Source of the DNA: Paramoeba atlantica
Lineage: Eukaryota > Protista > Discosea
Length of the DNA: 64,000 nucleotides
Direction: 5' to 3'
Assembly (NCBI GenBank): GCA_977017575.1
Contig: CDRNVI010000049.1
Coordinates: 62,001-126,000 of the forward strand
The position numbers and the translations under genes are program-made. The notes under the pieces are model-generated. The model was not told where the DNA came from, ran no database searches, and saw only the letters and a list, made by a program, of their open reading frames with translations. Shown here one piece after another: positions 21,307 through 33,500 of this stretch; the first letter of the stretch is position 1; every line of letters starts with the position of its first letter.

Positions 21307-21719
21307 CGATTACTTCACAGGATATCGGCATTGTCTTTCACTTACAAGCTATACAGTTGCAAGTTCTACATGTATTAGCATTAAATGTTAGTGCTGATAA
21401 TAACCAATAAAGTGAGGTAATAACACAGTAAAGCGTTGTAACCCAAATTAGATCTCTTCCAATTATATCTCCCCCCCTCCTCCTCTGGGTTTTAGGGGCC
21501 CAGTACCTGGCTTGGGACAGGTTAAGCGGAGTTAAGGAAGCCCATTAAGCATGGTGTGTGAAATGGAGATGACGCATCCGGCTCTCTGCACCTGCACAAG
21601 ACAACCGAGCTCTCTACACCTGGGAAGCCAGCTCTCCGCACCCGCACACCTCCGGCGAGGACGAAACCTCACATGATCCACCCGTCGTATGCGGGATAAG
21701 GACATAGTGAGTAAATCTC

Positions 21720-22080
21720 TGCACTATAAGTGCATTACATATAAAACTAACACTATGTGGCCTAGTCACGGAAAACTTCGTTGCTAGTGAGCGGTCCAAC
21801 ACGGGACGTAACTGGTAAAAATCTCCCACGAAAAGTACTATTAGACCACCAAACAACATTTGATCGTTCCCCTTGATTTCTTGAAGGCGAGCGTTGATTC
21901 GTGCAAGAAACGAGGTTCCAATCATAGAGATTTCGTCTAAAATGACGAGGCGGCATATCGTTTCTGATACAAAAGTAGATTGTCCGCCGAGAGATTGGAA
22001 AGACTGCGCGCGGTCTGGTCCACAGGGAGGGCAAGCGACGCGTGTATAGTACAGCAATTTAGGGTCAAAGTGAAGCATTG
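21720..22080 (-). pseudogene. PIF1/Helitron-type SF1B helicase, motifs II-III fragment
   Basis: LVILDEISMIG...RINARLQEIKG...FGGLIVLFVGDFYQLRPV. Confidence 0.85.
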
Positions 22081-22234
22081 TTGCGCCTTTTTTGAAAAAA
22101 AAAAAATGAAGATATTTTTTTTAGGTTTGTGGGCCGCTACTACTTATTTCTTTTGATTTCGCTTCCAAAAAGCTGAGTCTTCACATTAATTAGAGATCTT
22201 CGCACAGCTGTTTTAAAGGATTTCCCTCGCTATT

Positions 22235-22483
22235 TCAGATCTTCAGACCATTGACGACTTCTCCGCTGAACTTTGGTCGATCTTTTCTTTCTTCATCAAA
22301 GCACCCAAGGGCCCCATTCCCCCACCGTACTGCCTTCTTGAGCCTCTCATTCATGCGTTCAACAGTGTTGGTGTGCACCAAAGATCGTCGATGATTAACT
22401 GTCTCATGTCGCAAGTCGTTTCCCAGCGAGCGACTCGCTCGCCAGCAATCAGTGCGCGTTACGATTCGGCTTCCAGCAGACAA
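22235..22483 (-). pseudogene. Merlin transposase fragment
   Basis: GSRIVTRTDCWRASRSL...HETVNH...HTNTVERMNERLK. Confidence 0.75.
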
Positions 22484-22521
22484 CTTAATTAATTGTGCTG
22501 GGTTAATGGATACTTACACTG

Positions 22522-23298
22522 TATATTGCACCCCAAAAAGCATTTTTTCTTCTTTGACATTTCGTTTATGTATTTATCAAAAAAAATCTTTTTCCTTCTC
22601 AGAAATCATATTAACTACATGTCTTACATGTGTTCGTGTTCCAATATGGGCTGTGTGCTTCGATGGAAACACGACGGTGATATTCCTCAAACTACGGGAT
22701 ATATCGAACTGTGAATCACAGCAAATACAGATGAATGGGGTGGATACCGTAGACTCTCTGCCATAAGAGAACATCGAACTGTGAATCACAACAAAAAAGG
22801 AAAATATCGCTTTGTTATAGAAACAGGGGTACATACTAATCATGCAGAGTCTGCCCATTCTTCTGTAAAAAGGGCTATAAGGAAACAAGGAAGACTTTCC
22901 ATGCTCCCACAGAAAGCCGATAAAGTTGCGTCGCTCTGCACGTTGTTTTTTAAGAAAACAAGTTGGCAAGAACGATTTCAAGCGCTTTTAAAGGCCTTGA
23001 AATCAGTCAAAAATATGGAAGAAAGTCAGAAACATCATCTGAGGAAGAAGGTGAAGAAGGAAACGAGGACTGGGATATAATTCAAATTTTAATGATTTAA
23101 TGCTGTAAGAGTATGTCCTGCATACATTGTCGCTCAAGGTTGAAGAAAGAAGATAAATAAACCCCTTTCCCGTTTATATTTGTTGTACCTGTAGCTACGC
23201 ATTGTACCTGTAGCTAGTTGTTGTACCGGGGGGTACATTAACCCGGACGGGCGTTTAGTTTCTGAAAAATTATTTCCTATTTTTTGGGGTGCAATATA
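22522..23298. mobile_element. TIR element (about 777 bp) carrying a Merlin transposase fragment (+ strand, about 22725-23080)
   Basis: TATATTGCACCCCAAAAA / TTTTTGGGGTGCAATATA; internal TDEWGGYRRLSAIREHRTVNH...GVHTNHAESAHSSVK. Confidence 0.7.
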
Positions 23299-23429
23299 AG
23301 TAGTCTGTAGCCATTGTGTTGTTGTGCGCAGTTCATAGTGGTAGACCGTGAAAAAAGTTTGTATTATTTATAATCTGACACACTCTAAAAGAAAACGTAC
23401 TTGTTTTAAACCAATATTTGAAAAATATA

Positions 23430-23795
23430 AAAAAATATCTCTTTGGCGCAATAATGCTTCACTTTCACCCAATTTAGTACTGTAGCGGCTATTCCTGTTG
23501 GAGCCATAGCGACGCATTGCTCCTTCATTTCTTGCATTAAGAAACGAGAAACTAGGCTTTTCCCTGTTCCAGGTCCACCAAGAAGAAACATGCAGCGCTT
23601 CGCAGGGTCGGACCTGCCATTAAGCATATTTTCCAGCTGCATTACGCAGGCTCTCTGCGCAACGGTTAGCGAAAAATGACCGCTGCAGTCACGTAGCACA
23701 AAACTACGATCAAACGTGACATGTTCTATTTGTATATCCCTAGCGATCACTCGATCATCATCAAAAAACAAATGATCATGCAGTTTCGGCTTCAC
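23430..23795 (-). pseudogene. PIF1/Helitron-type helicase, Walker A and motif Ia fragment
   Basis: LTVAQRAC...FLLGGPGTGKS...AMAPTGIAA. Confidence 0.85.
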
Positions 23796-23994
23796 TGTGC
23801 AGGGAGAAGCTGGTGCAGCGAGCCCTCCAAGGGAGTTTCGTTATTTACCAAAACCGCGAAAACCCATCCTGGGCGATGCCGAGCTTACAGTAGGGTGGAA
23901 TGCTCACGAGGAAACGCATTTCGGGCGCTCGGAAACATTGGTTTCTTTTCTCCCGAGCTAACAAGATAGATATATTATATAAATATTTTATATA

Positions 23995-24790
23995 CAGGGG
24001 GGGCCACGAAAACTGACAAGGTCCGCATTTTAGCGTCCTGAAGCCGTTTGAGCTGATTTTTGTTGCAAACGAGAGATCTCGTTCTGAATATCGTGTCTAC
24101 GCTATTTGGAGCCCGTTTCTGCTAATCAAAAAAAATATATTTACAAATTATTGAAATTTTGGGCAAAATATTTTGCAAAAAGTATCGAAAAACGTAAAAA
24201 AGGCTATTTTTTCTTCTTTTTACCTTACTATGGGCAAACGGAATAGACTAAACCGTCGCCAGCTATCACCAGAACAGTGTTCATATCCTGTGCGCATTGT
24301 CTGCGCACACGAAAGACACCGTGGGACATCTATTCCGGATACGGCACGTATGATGAACTGTTCAGAGAGCTCTGTCTCGCGTTTCGATGAGTCAGGTGAC
24401 GTGGCACGTACACCCTACTATCTTTTTTTCCAAAGGCCAAGGAATATTTGTTGAACGAATGTCACGAGGCGTATGTGAATACGCTAAAGAGTCTTCCCAC
24501 GCGCCTCGCTATACTACGTGAGCGTGGAGGTGGGAATACTGGCTATTAAGACCTACTTTTTGGGCCGTGGTACGTAAAAATTACGAATTTTAGACCCGTT
24601 TTTCAATTTGCAAAATCTTTAAAATTTCACTTTTGTAACTCATTGGAAATGTTTTCCGGCGAACGTTTTTGTATTTTAAATAGCGTAGACACGATATTCA
24701 GAACGAGATCTCTCGTTTGCAACAAAAATCAGCTCAAACTGCCTCAGGACGCTAAAATGCGGACCTTGTCAGTTTTCGTGGCCCCCCCTG
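23995..24790 (+). mobile_element. Internally deleted Tc1/mariner element (796 bp)
   Basis: TIRs of about 125 bp starting CAGGGGGGGCCACGAAAACTGACAAGGTCCGC; TA flanks; internal HTH fragment MGKRNRLN...ARMMNCSESSVSRF, homologous to 44149..44682. Confidence 0.88.
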
Positions 24791-25030
24791 TATATACAGT
24801 ATATTATAAGTATATAGTCCAGTATATTATAAATATATTATACATTATATACATTATACATTGTAGATATTATACATTATGTAGATAGATACGTATATCT
24901 TACGTTTTATTAATCTCCTTTTCGTTCACTGATCATACGTATCTATATAACAGTAGGTATATAACAGTGGGTATACAGAATGTATACCCACTGTTATATA
25001 TGTATAACACGGTATATAACACTAGATATA

Positions 25031-25150
25031 CAGGGGGGTGTACGAAAATATGGGGAGGATCAAAATTCTTATAACTCGCCCAATTTTGGAAAATAATAGC
25101 GCATTCGAGAGCTTTCACAGAGTTATGTGTCATGTGATAATGCGTTTCCC
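25031..25150. mobile_element. Solo left TIR of the Tc1-like family
   Basis: TA|CAGGGGGGTGTACGAAAA...CCAATTTTGGAAAATAATAGCGCATTCGAGAGCTTTC, similar to the TIRs at 10267 and 45790; no nearby partner seen. Confidence 0.7.
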
Positions 25151-25614
25151 GCATTTTTAATTTTTTTTAAGAATATAAAAAAATCATGATTTTTCAAAGT
25201 GCAAAATTCTGCAGTTTTTTGAAAAAAATGCTTTTTTTTGTGAATTTATCGACTCTTTTGATCCTAATACAGTACTATGCCCCAGAAAAGGTCATATTCG
25301 AATAATAAAATGGTGCAGAAGCGGAGTAAATTTTGTTATTCGCCTCGTGGGCAACTTAAAGCATCTCACAGGATACTCTTGGTTGTTCTTGTATAATATT
25401 TATTATATTATATAATCTGCACTATACAAATCTGCACTGTAAGTGCATGACTATCAAAATATCCCCCCCGGCTTGGGGTTCGTTCGTTGATTTCTCAATA
25501 AAAAAAAGTTCTAATCCATTAATTTTCCACGAACTTTGCGCTTGATTCTGAAGTAATTTTATGATAAAAAAAATACGCTATGAAAATTGTTCTTTATACT
25601 TTAAATACTGCTCG

Positions 25615-26880
25615 ATGGATTTGCGCGTAGCTGGACGATGGCGTCTGGGACGCAAAGTCGGTTCAGGTAGTTTTGGCGACATTTATCAAGGTACCAATTT
25701 AGAAAGCGGAGAGCCCGTCGCCATCAAACTCGAGCCATTAAAATCGCGGCACCCCCAATTACTGTATGAATCTCGAATATACAAAATTTTGCATCATAAC
25801 ACTTCCAGCGTGACAGCTCACCCTGTTGGGCCTGTCGGCATACCGGAAGTTAAATGGTACGGCACTGAAGGGGACTACACTGTGATGATAATTGATCTTT
25901 TAGGTCCTTCTTTAGAGGATTTGTTTTCATTTTGTGGTCGAAAGTTCTCTTTAAAAACGACTTTAATGCTCGCAGATCAAATTCTGGCGCGCATGGAGTA
26001 CATTCATGCCAAAAGTTTCTTGCACAGAGACATAAAACCTGACAACTTCCTCATGGGGACGGGAAAAAGAGGTCATATCGTGTACATCATTGATTTTGGG
26101 CTGGCAAAGAAGTATCGTGACCCTAGGACAAATCAGCACATCCCTTATAGAGAAGGAAAAAATTTGACAGGTACAGCACGATACTGTAGCCTCTACACGC
26201 ATCTTGGGGCTGAGCAGAGCCGCAGAGACGACCTTGAAGCAGTTGGGTATATCCTCCTCTATTTTTTGCGCGGATCCTTACCCTGGCAAGGGTTGAAAGC
26301 TACAACAAAGCAAGAAAAATATGATCGTATCTCAGAAAAGAAAATGTCAACCTCAGTTGACTCGTTGTGTAAGGGGTATCCGCCCGAACTTGCTGTTTAC
26401 ATGAACTATTGTCGTGCTCTTCGCTTCGAAGACAAACCGGACTACAGTTACTTGCGAAAGCTATTTCGTGATCTATTTACTAAGGAAGGATATGAAACAG
26501 ACTACGTTTTTGATTGGACGGTAAAACGAATTCAGGAAAGTCTCACAGCGAGTCCTGTCCTCGAAACCGATCGGGCAGGAAAAATCGAGAGTACTGCAGA
26601 GAAGAAAGAGTCGAAAGTTAATTTTGTCTGTGGTTCGCACGAAGATGATGCGAAGTCCCCTGGACGAAAACCAGAAAATTGTCGTGTGGTTGCAGGCGAT
26701 AACCGAGGTGCAATGCGCAAGGTAACGGAAGCAAAATCCTTGTCTCGTGGAACGGATCTCACGCGGAGCGCTCCTTTATGTTCTACCTCAGCTCAACCGC
26801 TCAATCGCGGCACTGGTGCTGCTGATTATGTTAAGAAAGGGAGTTCACATATTGAAAGTGCATCTTTCAATACCAAATAG
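25615..26880 (+). CDS. CK1: Casein kinase 1
   Basis: [38 protein letters not shown]; likely start MDLRVAG at 25615. Confidence 0.97.
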   Translation: MDLRVAGRWRLGRKVGSGSFGDIYQGTNLESGEPVAIKLEPLKSRHPQLLYESRIYKILHHNTSSVTAHPVGPVGIPEVKWYGTEGDYTVMIIDLLGPSLEDLFSFCGRKFSLKTTLMLADQILARMEYIHAKSFLHRDIKPDNFLMGTGKRGHIVYIIDFGLAKKYRDPRTNQHIPYREGKNLTGTARYCSLYTHLGAEQSRRDDLEAVGYILLYFLRGSLPWQGLKATTKQEKYDRISEKKMSTSVDSLCKGYPPELAVYMNYCRALRFEDKPDYSYLRKLFRDLFTKEGYETDYVFDWTVKRIQESLTASPVLETDRAGKIESTAEKKESKVNFVCGSHEDDAKSPGRKPENCRVVAGDNRGAMRKVTEAKSLSRGTDLTRSAPLCSTSAQPLNRGTGAADYVKKGSSHIESASFNTK

Positions 26881-27476
26881 TTGCTTTTCAAGTATCATTT
26901 TCTATGTGTACTTGTACAAATTTTAGTTCTTTTAGTAGTTCTTCTAGTATTCTGCTTAAATACACTTCGATGAGTATAGATTCTGTTCGAGACTCTCGAA
27001 TTTTATCTCTATTTTACTCTTCGCTATTCTTTAAACAAAATTCTAAACAAAATTCTTTGATTAAGGGACAAAATCAGTTTTTACGTTTCTTTCCTCAATG
27101 CGTACTCACTCCATGTAACATACATACCAGTAGTACAATTGGTACGTACGCACCATGTAAACTCAATAAACAGCGGTAATTAACTTCATTTTTTTCTGTC
27201 CCGTCGGTCGGTACATGCATACATATATTGTCATCTAAAGACGTAGTGTTCACCTTTTACCCTACCACGCAACACAATTATCCAATATATTTCATGACAC
27301 TCCCTAAACACCTTACTTCCTCCATTCTCTTCTCTCCTTTTTCAAATTTTCACCTCTAATTTTGTTTTTCCACCTCATCATCCCATTCTCCATAAAAACA
27401 ACAACAACAACACCATTTTTATCCTTTAAGATTTTACCCTTTAAAACCAAATCTTCTTCCCTCCCCCCTCCCTCCC

Positions 27477-30008
27477 ATGGTCAACTTCACCGTCGATGAG
27501 GTCCGCGACATCATGAACCGCTCCTCCCAGGTCCGCAACATGTCCGTCATCGCGCACGTCGACCACGGCAAGTCCACCCTCTCCGACTCCCTGGTCGCGG
27601 CCGCCGGGATCATCGCGGTACAGAAGGCCGGGGACGAGCGCCTGCTGGACACCCGGGAGGACGAGAAGAACCGCGGGATCACCATCAAGTCCACCGCGAT
27701 CTCGATGTATTACCATGTGGAGAAGGCGGTCGTGGCGGATCTCCCCGACAAGCAGCGGGACTTCCTGGTGAATCTCATCGACTCCCCGGGGCACGTGGAC
27801 TTCAGCTCGGAGGTGACCGCGGCGCTGCGGGTGACGGATGGGGCGCTGGTGGTGGTGGACTGCGTGGAGGGGGTGTGCGTGCAGACGGAGACGGTGCTGC
27901 GGCAGGCGCTGGCGGAGCGGATCCGGCCGGTGGTGATGGTGAACAAGGTGGACCGGGCGCTGCTGGAGCTGCAGCTGGACCCGGAGGAGGCGTACCAGGG
28001 GTTTTGTAAGACGCTGCAGAATGTGAATGTGGTGATTGCGACGTACAATGACCCGGTGATGGGGGATTTGCAGGTGTACCCGGAGAAGGGGACGGTGGCG
28101 TTTGGGAGTGGGTTGATGTCGTGGGCGTTTACGTTGCCGCAGTTTGCGAAGATGTACGCCACGAAGTTTGGGGTGCCGGAGGAGAAGATGGTGGAACGGC
28201 TCTGGGGGGATACGTTTTTTGACGCGAAGAATAAGTGCTGGGTGAAGTCCGCCGAGGGCGCGAACGGTCGTCTGAAGCGAGCGTTCTGTCAGTTCTGTCT
28301 GGACCCGATCTACCAACTGTTCGACGCCGTGATGAACGAGAAGAAGGAAAAGGTGGAGAAGATGCTCACTTCGTTGCAGATTCATCTCACCAACCAAGAG
28401 CGTGAACAGTCCCCGAAGCGGGTGTTGAAGACCGTGATGCAGAAGTTTCTCCCCGCCGCCGATGCGCTGTTGCAAATGATTGTCCTGCAGCTGCCCTCCC
28501 CCGCGAAAGCCCAGAGATACCGTGGTGAGATGCTCTACAACGGCCCCACCGACGACAAGTACTGTCAATCCATCCAGAACTGCAACCCCGAAGGGCCTCT
28601 GGTGCTGTACATTAGCAAGATGGTCCCCACCGCGGACAAAGGGCGGTTCTTTGCCTTCGGCCGTGTGTTCTCCGGCAGAGTTCGCACCGGACAGAAATGC
28701 CGCATCATGGGTCCCAACTACGTCCCCGGCACCAAAAAAGATTTGTACGAGAAGAAAGCCATCCAGCGTACTGTCCTTATGATGGGGCGCTACCAGGAAT
28801 CCATTGAGGACATTCCCTGTGGTAACGTCGTCGGGCTTGTCGGGGTGGATCAGTTTATTGTCAAAACCGCCACCATCACGGATGAGGAGGAGGACGGCTG
28901 CTACCCGCTCAAGGACATGAAGTACAGCGTCTCCCCCGTCGTCCGGGTCGCCGTGCAAGCCACCGATGCCGCAGATCTCCCCAAACTCGTCGAAGGTCTG
29001 AAACGTCTCGCCAAGTCCGACCCCGTCGTGCAGTGCTCCATCGAGGAGTCCGGAGAGCACATTATCGCAGGAGCCGGGGAGCTTCATTTGGAAATTTGTC
29101 TTAAAGATCTCCAGGAGGATTTCATGAACGGTGCGAAGCTGAAGATCTCCGAGCCTGTGGTGTCCTATCGTGAAACTATCACCGAGCCCTCCCGGATTCA
29201 GTGCATGTCGAAGAGCCCAAACAAACACAACCGGCTGTTCTGTAAAGGGGTACCGCTGGGAGATGAGCTCTGTGCGGATATCGAAGACGGCAAGGCAGGC
29301 GCGGATGCAGATATGAAACTCCGAGGCAAGCTGCTGGTCGAGAAGTACGACTGGGATGCCACGGACACCAAGAAGATCTGGTGCTACGGCCCCGAGGGGA
29401 GTGGACCGAATGTGGTCGTGGATGTCACCAAGGGGGTCCAAAACATGCATGAGTTAAAGGACTCGTGTAACGCCGCGTGGCAGTGGGCCACCAAGGAGGG
29501 GGTGATGTGCGGGGAGAACATGCGAGGAGTGCGGATCAATATCGAGGATGTCACGATGCACGCCGATGCGATTCACCGTGGTGGGGGACAGATTATCCCA
29601 ACGGCCCGCCGGGTGTACTATGCGTGTTGTTTGACCGGGGAACCGCGGTTGATGGAGCCTGTGTTTCTGCTGGATATCCAGACCATTGAGACTGCGATGG
29701 GAGGGATCTACGGTGTACTCAACCGTCGTCGTGGGATTATGATTGGTGAGGAGAACCGTCCCGGGACCCCGATCTACAACGTCAAGGCGTACATCCCGGT
29801 CGCAGAGTCCTTTGGGCTCACGGCAGATTTGCGTGCAAACACCGCAGGGCAAGCCTTCCCGCAGTGCTGCTTTGACCACTGGCAGGTGTTCCCCGGGAAC
29901 CCGCTGGAGGCAAACACGATGGCCGCAACCACCGTCGCTGCCATTCGCAAGCGTAAGGGTTTGAAGCAAGAGATTCCCGACCTCAACGAGTACTTGGATA
30001 AGCTGTAA
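27477..30008 (+). CDS. EEF2: Translation elongation factor 2
   Basis: [49 protein letters not shown]; kinetoplastid-like [13 protein letters not shown]. Confidence 0.99.
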   Translation: MVNFTVDEVRDIMNRSSQVRNMSVIAHVDHGKSTLSDSLVAAAGIIAVQKAGDERLLDTREDEKNRGITIKSTAISMYYHVEKAVVADLPDKQRDFLVNLIDSPGHVDFSSEVTAALRVTDGALVVVDCVEGVCVQTETVLRQALAERIRPVVMVNKVDRALLELQLDPEEAYQGFCKTLQNVNVVIATYNDPVMGDLQVYPEKGTVAFGSGLMSWAFTLPQFAKMYATKFGVPEEKMVERLWGDTFFDAKNKCWVKSAEGANGRLKRAFCQFCLDPIYQLFDAVMNEKKEKVEKMLTSLQIHLTNQEREQSPKRVLKTVMQKFLPAADALLQMIVLQLPSPAKAQRYRGEMLYNGPTDDKYCQSIQNCNPEGPLVLYISKMVPTADKGRFFAFGRVFSGRVRTGQKCRIMGPNYVPGTKKDLYEKKAIQRTVLMMGRYQESIEDIPCGNVVGLVGVDQFIVKTATITDEEEDGCYPLKDMKYSVSPVVRVAVQATDAADLPKLVEGLKRLAKSDPVVQCSIEESGEHIIAGAGELHLEICLKDLQEDFMNGAKLKISEPVVSYRETITEPSRIQCMSKSPNKHNRLFCKGVPLGDELCADIEDGKAGADADMKLRGKLLVEKYDWDATDTKKIWCYGPEGSGPNVVVDVTKGVQNMHELKDSCNAAWQWATKEGVMCGENMRGVRINIEDVTMHADAIHRGGGQIIPTARRVYYACCLTGEPRLMEPVFLLDIQTIETAMGGIYGVLNRRRGIMIGEENRPGTPIYNVKAYIPVAESFGLTADLRANTAGQAFPQCCFDHWQVFPGNPLEANTMAATTVAAIRKRKGLKQEIPDLNEYLDKL

Positions 30009-30546
30009 GTGGGGTACTCTTTGTGCTGGGGTCTTGGTATCCGAAGGAAGGAGGATAAGTTGGTTGATACTCTGCTTTTTATTACTGAACTTGAATTTGT
30101 ATTTTGAGAAAGCGCATCGAAGGATGCTAAATAAAGAGGGCGTAATTATTGTCCTGTTGAAGTTTTTTTGATTTATCATGAGGTTTTATTCCATTTATTT
30201 TTTGGCAAAATAGGCTAGTACTTAAACAGTTTTCAGACATGTAAAGTGATCGATGGGCTACTTAATGAACGTTAATGAAAGTATTCGGAATCTATTTACT
30301 TACCTTTAGCTCATATTTTCGATGGTTCCATACGTCTATTCAGATTCTCTTAAACGAACTTAGTGATACAGTGTATCTATCTAGTAGGGGAACTTGGTAC
30401 CCAAGGTTCCGTTATCTTTTGCTACATATTCCTATGATTTTCAATAAAAAGGCTAGTCGAGTTTTTTCCACGTATGTTTTCTCTAGATATGTAGACCCGA
30501 GCGACCCAGTTTCGCAAAACTTGAGAACTTAACGAAAAAATACAGC

Positions 30547-33500
30547 ATGCCACCTAAGTCCGCTTACGCGCTGCGAGCAAGGATTTGGTCTCCCGGAAAA
30601 GTTTTCTCTGAATCGAATTCTTTAGTCGTCTCAAGGCTCACAAGCGGGTGCTTCACATTTTCAATGAGGAACATCAAAGACGCGATTCGGAGGGGTGAAC
30701 AAACAAAAAACGAATTTTCAGTTCTGGTTTCCGAAAAAATCGTGCTCTTTTCCTTTCCTCCTGAACACCATTTCGTACCCGCTGAGTATTCATCCCATAG
30801 TCCATGTCCGCAAAAAAGACCAACCGCTACACCAACCCGTCCTCTATCCCCAATCCCATCCTCCTCCCCCCACCCACCCCCTCACCACCCCCGCAATTCT
30901 TACCTCTTCTCCCAGACCCGCTCCTACGCCACAACCCCCACCGCTTCTCATCTCTCCTCAAACCCTCATTCTACTAGTATTTCTATTTCTTCGAATTCTT
31001 CTTCTTCTTCTATTCCTTCGAAATCTTCCTCTTCCTCCCCCTCCACCTCCCGTACCGCGACCGATCCCTCCCACCCCTGCCACTTCGCTCTCCACAAAAT
31101 CTCCTGGCACGTGATGACGGGGAAAACGAAATGCTTCGTCGACAGCCTACTCCCCCACGCCCCCCACCTCCTTACCCCCCAGGAGACGCAGCAGATCGAA
31201 AGAGACTACGGCAGTCTCCTCGAGTTTCTACAAAAACATGAAAAGTTTTTTGTGTTGAAACAAGAAGCAGCGGGGGAGGGGGAGAAGGGGGGAACCGCCC
31301 ACACAACAACGACAACAACAACAACAACAGAGGAAACCTCCTGTGGGGGAAATGAACGAAAAGGTCGACGACTGCCCTCAAATTTGTCGTTTATTCATTT
31401 CGCACAGCTCCCGAGTACACAAAAAGAACACAGGGGTTCGAATGGAACCAAAGAGAGTGAAAAACCACAACCCGCACAGCGTTGGGTCGTGACCCATAGG
31501 GTAACGCGGGAGTTACTGGGCCATCTGCAGCATGCAGCGGTGTCGACACTGATGGCTCGAGGGGGTGGGAAGACCCCGTTGAATGTGTCTGTACTTGCGG
31601 GGTATATGCCCCGGGAGGTACGCTCGTTTGCCACAGGTTGTGGGTGTCCCAGCTTTGGGGATTTCCTGAAACGGTATTTTCCGCATTTGATGTCGGTACA
31701 TGTTTCCGCGGTGAAGACGATGATCACGGTGGATCTAGCGAAATCATGTGTGTGTCCTTTCAGGGGTAAAGCGGAAGTTCCTTCTTTGGAAATGATGCGG
31801 CGCAACTTCGTGCTGAGTATGTCCGAAAGCGAACGAGGTGAACGACTGGCGAAGAGTGTAAACAGGGAGACACAAAAAATAGAACACGAATCACGTGTGT
31901 TGAAGACCGCACATGGGAAAAATTATGTACCTGTGTTAGGAGTTGTAGCAGACCTTATCTATGAAGTTCTCCCAGAGGATGGCACACAGATCGACATGGA
32001 TTTAGAGATCAAACCTCAGCTTCCTGTGACCTACAAGATGATTCCTCAATTAGGCAAAAAGCTTGCCTCATGTGAATTCCCAAAGCTTTCCATTAGTCTA
32101 AATGACGGTCGATACCATTTTGGCCGAAGAATGAACAAGGACAATTCACTTATAAAGGACAAGAACGGAAAGGCGTTCCCTATGGTCGATATTCTGACAT
32201 CAACATCTGTCAAATGTAATTTGGATGACGCTTCTGTAGTCACGCTGCCAAGTAGCGCTATCTCGAACCTGGTCGACCAAATGGTACCTCTTCTCCCATC
32301 TGACGGTTCGGAAGTACGCATCGATGATCCCATGTTTAAAGACATTTTCGGTGTCGGGGCTCCCATTCTGGGTCTATCCAAAAAGATATTCAAATTAAAT
32401 CACAAAAAAATCTATACTCGGTACATTGGGACGCAATACTACGTAAAACTTCGACCTGAGGCTGTGGACCAAGATTTAGCCAATGAACGAAAGGCGCTGG
32501 ACATTGCCTTTTGGAATGCCGGGCTCTACCTTGAGCGCTCTCCGCTTCCGATGGAAACGCATCAAGCATTTCGAACACTACGGGATGCGCTTCCCGCGGA
32601 CGGGACTGCGCTGGAGCTCGAGGAGGCAAAAGCCTTACTACCACATCTGGCGCCCTGCTGGCCCGCTGGTATGGCCAAAAAGCTCAACGCGGAGAAGGGA
32701 ATTAAAGTCACCCAGGATGCCGCAAATGGACTGCACTACGTCGCTCGCTCGGATGTGTACGACGGCAGTGAGAGTCTTCTCCAATCTGTGGTCTCGAGCC
32801 TGAACGAACCAAAGGTTTCCTCTTCCCCCGATACAATGAAGGGACTCACTCCGGACTACACGGGTTTGAATCTTGATCTCACGGGGGCGTTTGAGAAATT
32901 GTGGAATATTGTGCCTACAACTTGGGTCGGGACGGACTATTTGATGCCCTACCTGAAAGGAACATTCGCAGATCTCAGCTCCCGACGTATTTTGCTACGT
33001 ATTGCTGTGGAATTTTCAGATTACTTTGAGTTTAGCGTTGGGCACGCAAAAATGAATCTCCTTTTACGGGAAGAGCGTTTTGACATGTATAAAGTCCCTT
33101 TTGAGCCTGTTATACGAAGACGAGTGCGCATCTCACCGGATGCCATTCCTGTGTCTGTCCTTTTGTCTTCCACGTCCGGGGAGAAGCCGTCCAAGGAACC
33201 TGAATTAGGCGTTTCGTCCGAGCCGGACTTCGCGGAAGAATGTGGTGAGCCGATTCGAAATACGAAGCCTAGAAAGAAAGAAAAGTCTTTTCCTAAAGTA
33301 GAGAAATCGAATTCGTTAGAACCAGAGGACAAAGACACCCACTCGACTCCACCATCCGTACTCCCTAAGGAAGGCGAAAAATCCGCTAGCGCTAAGGCCA
33401 GTGCCACAGACGACAGTACTGTGGACAAAGAAGCAGAGGAGGAGGAGGACGAAGAAGAAGACGTGGATCTTGACGAATACGTCTTCCCTGAGTTCTCCCG

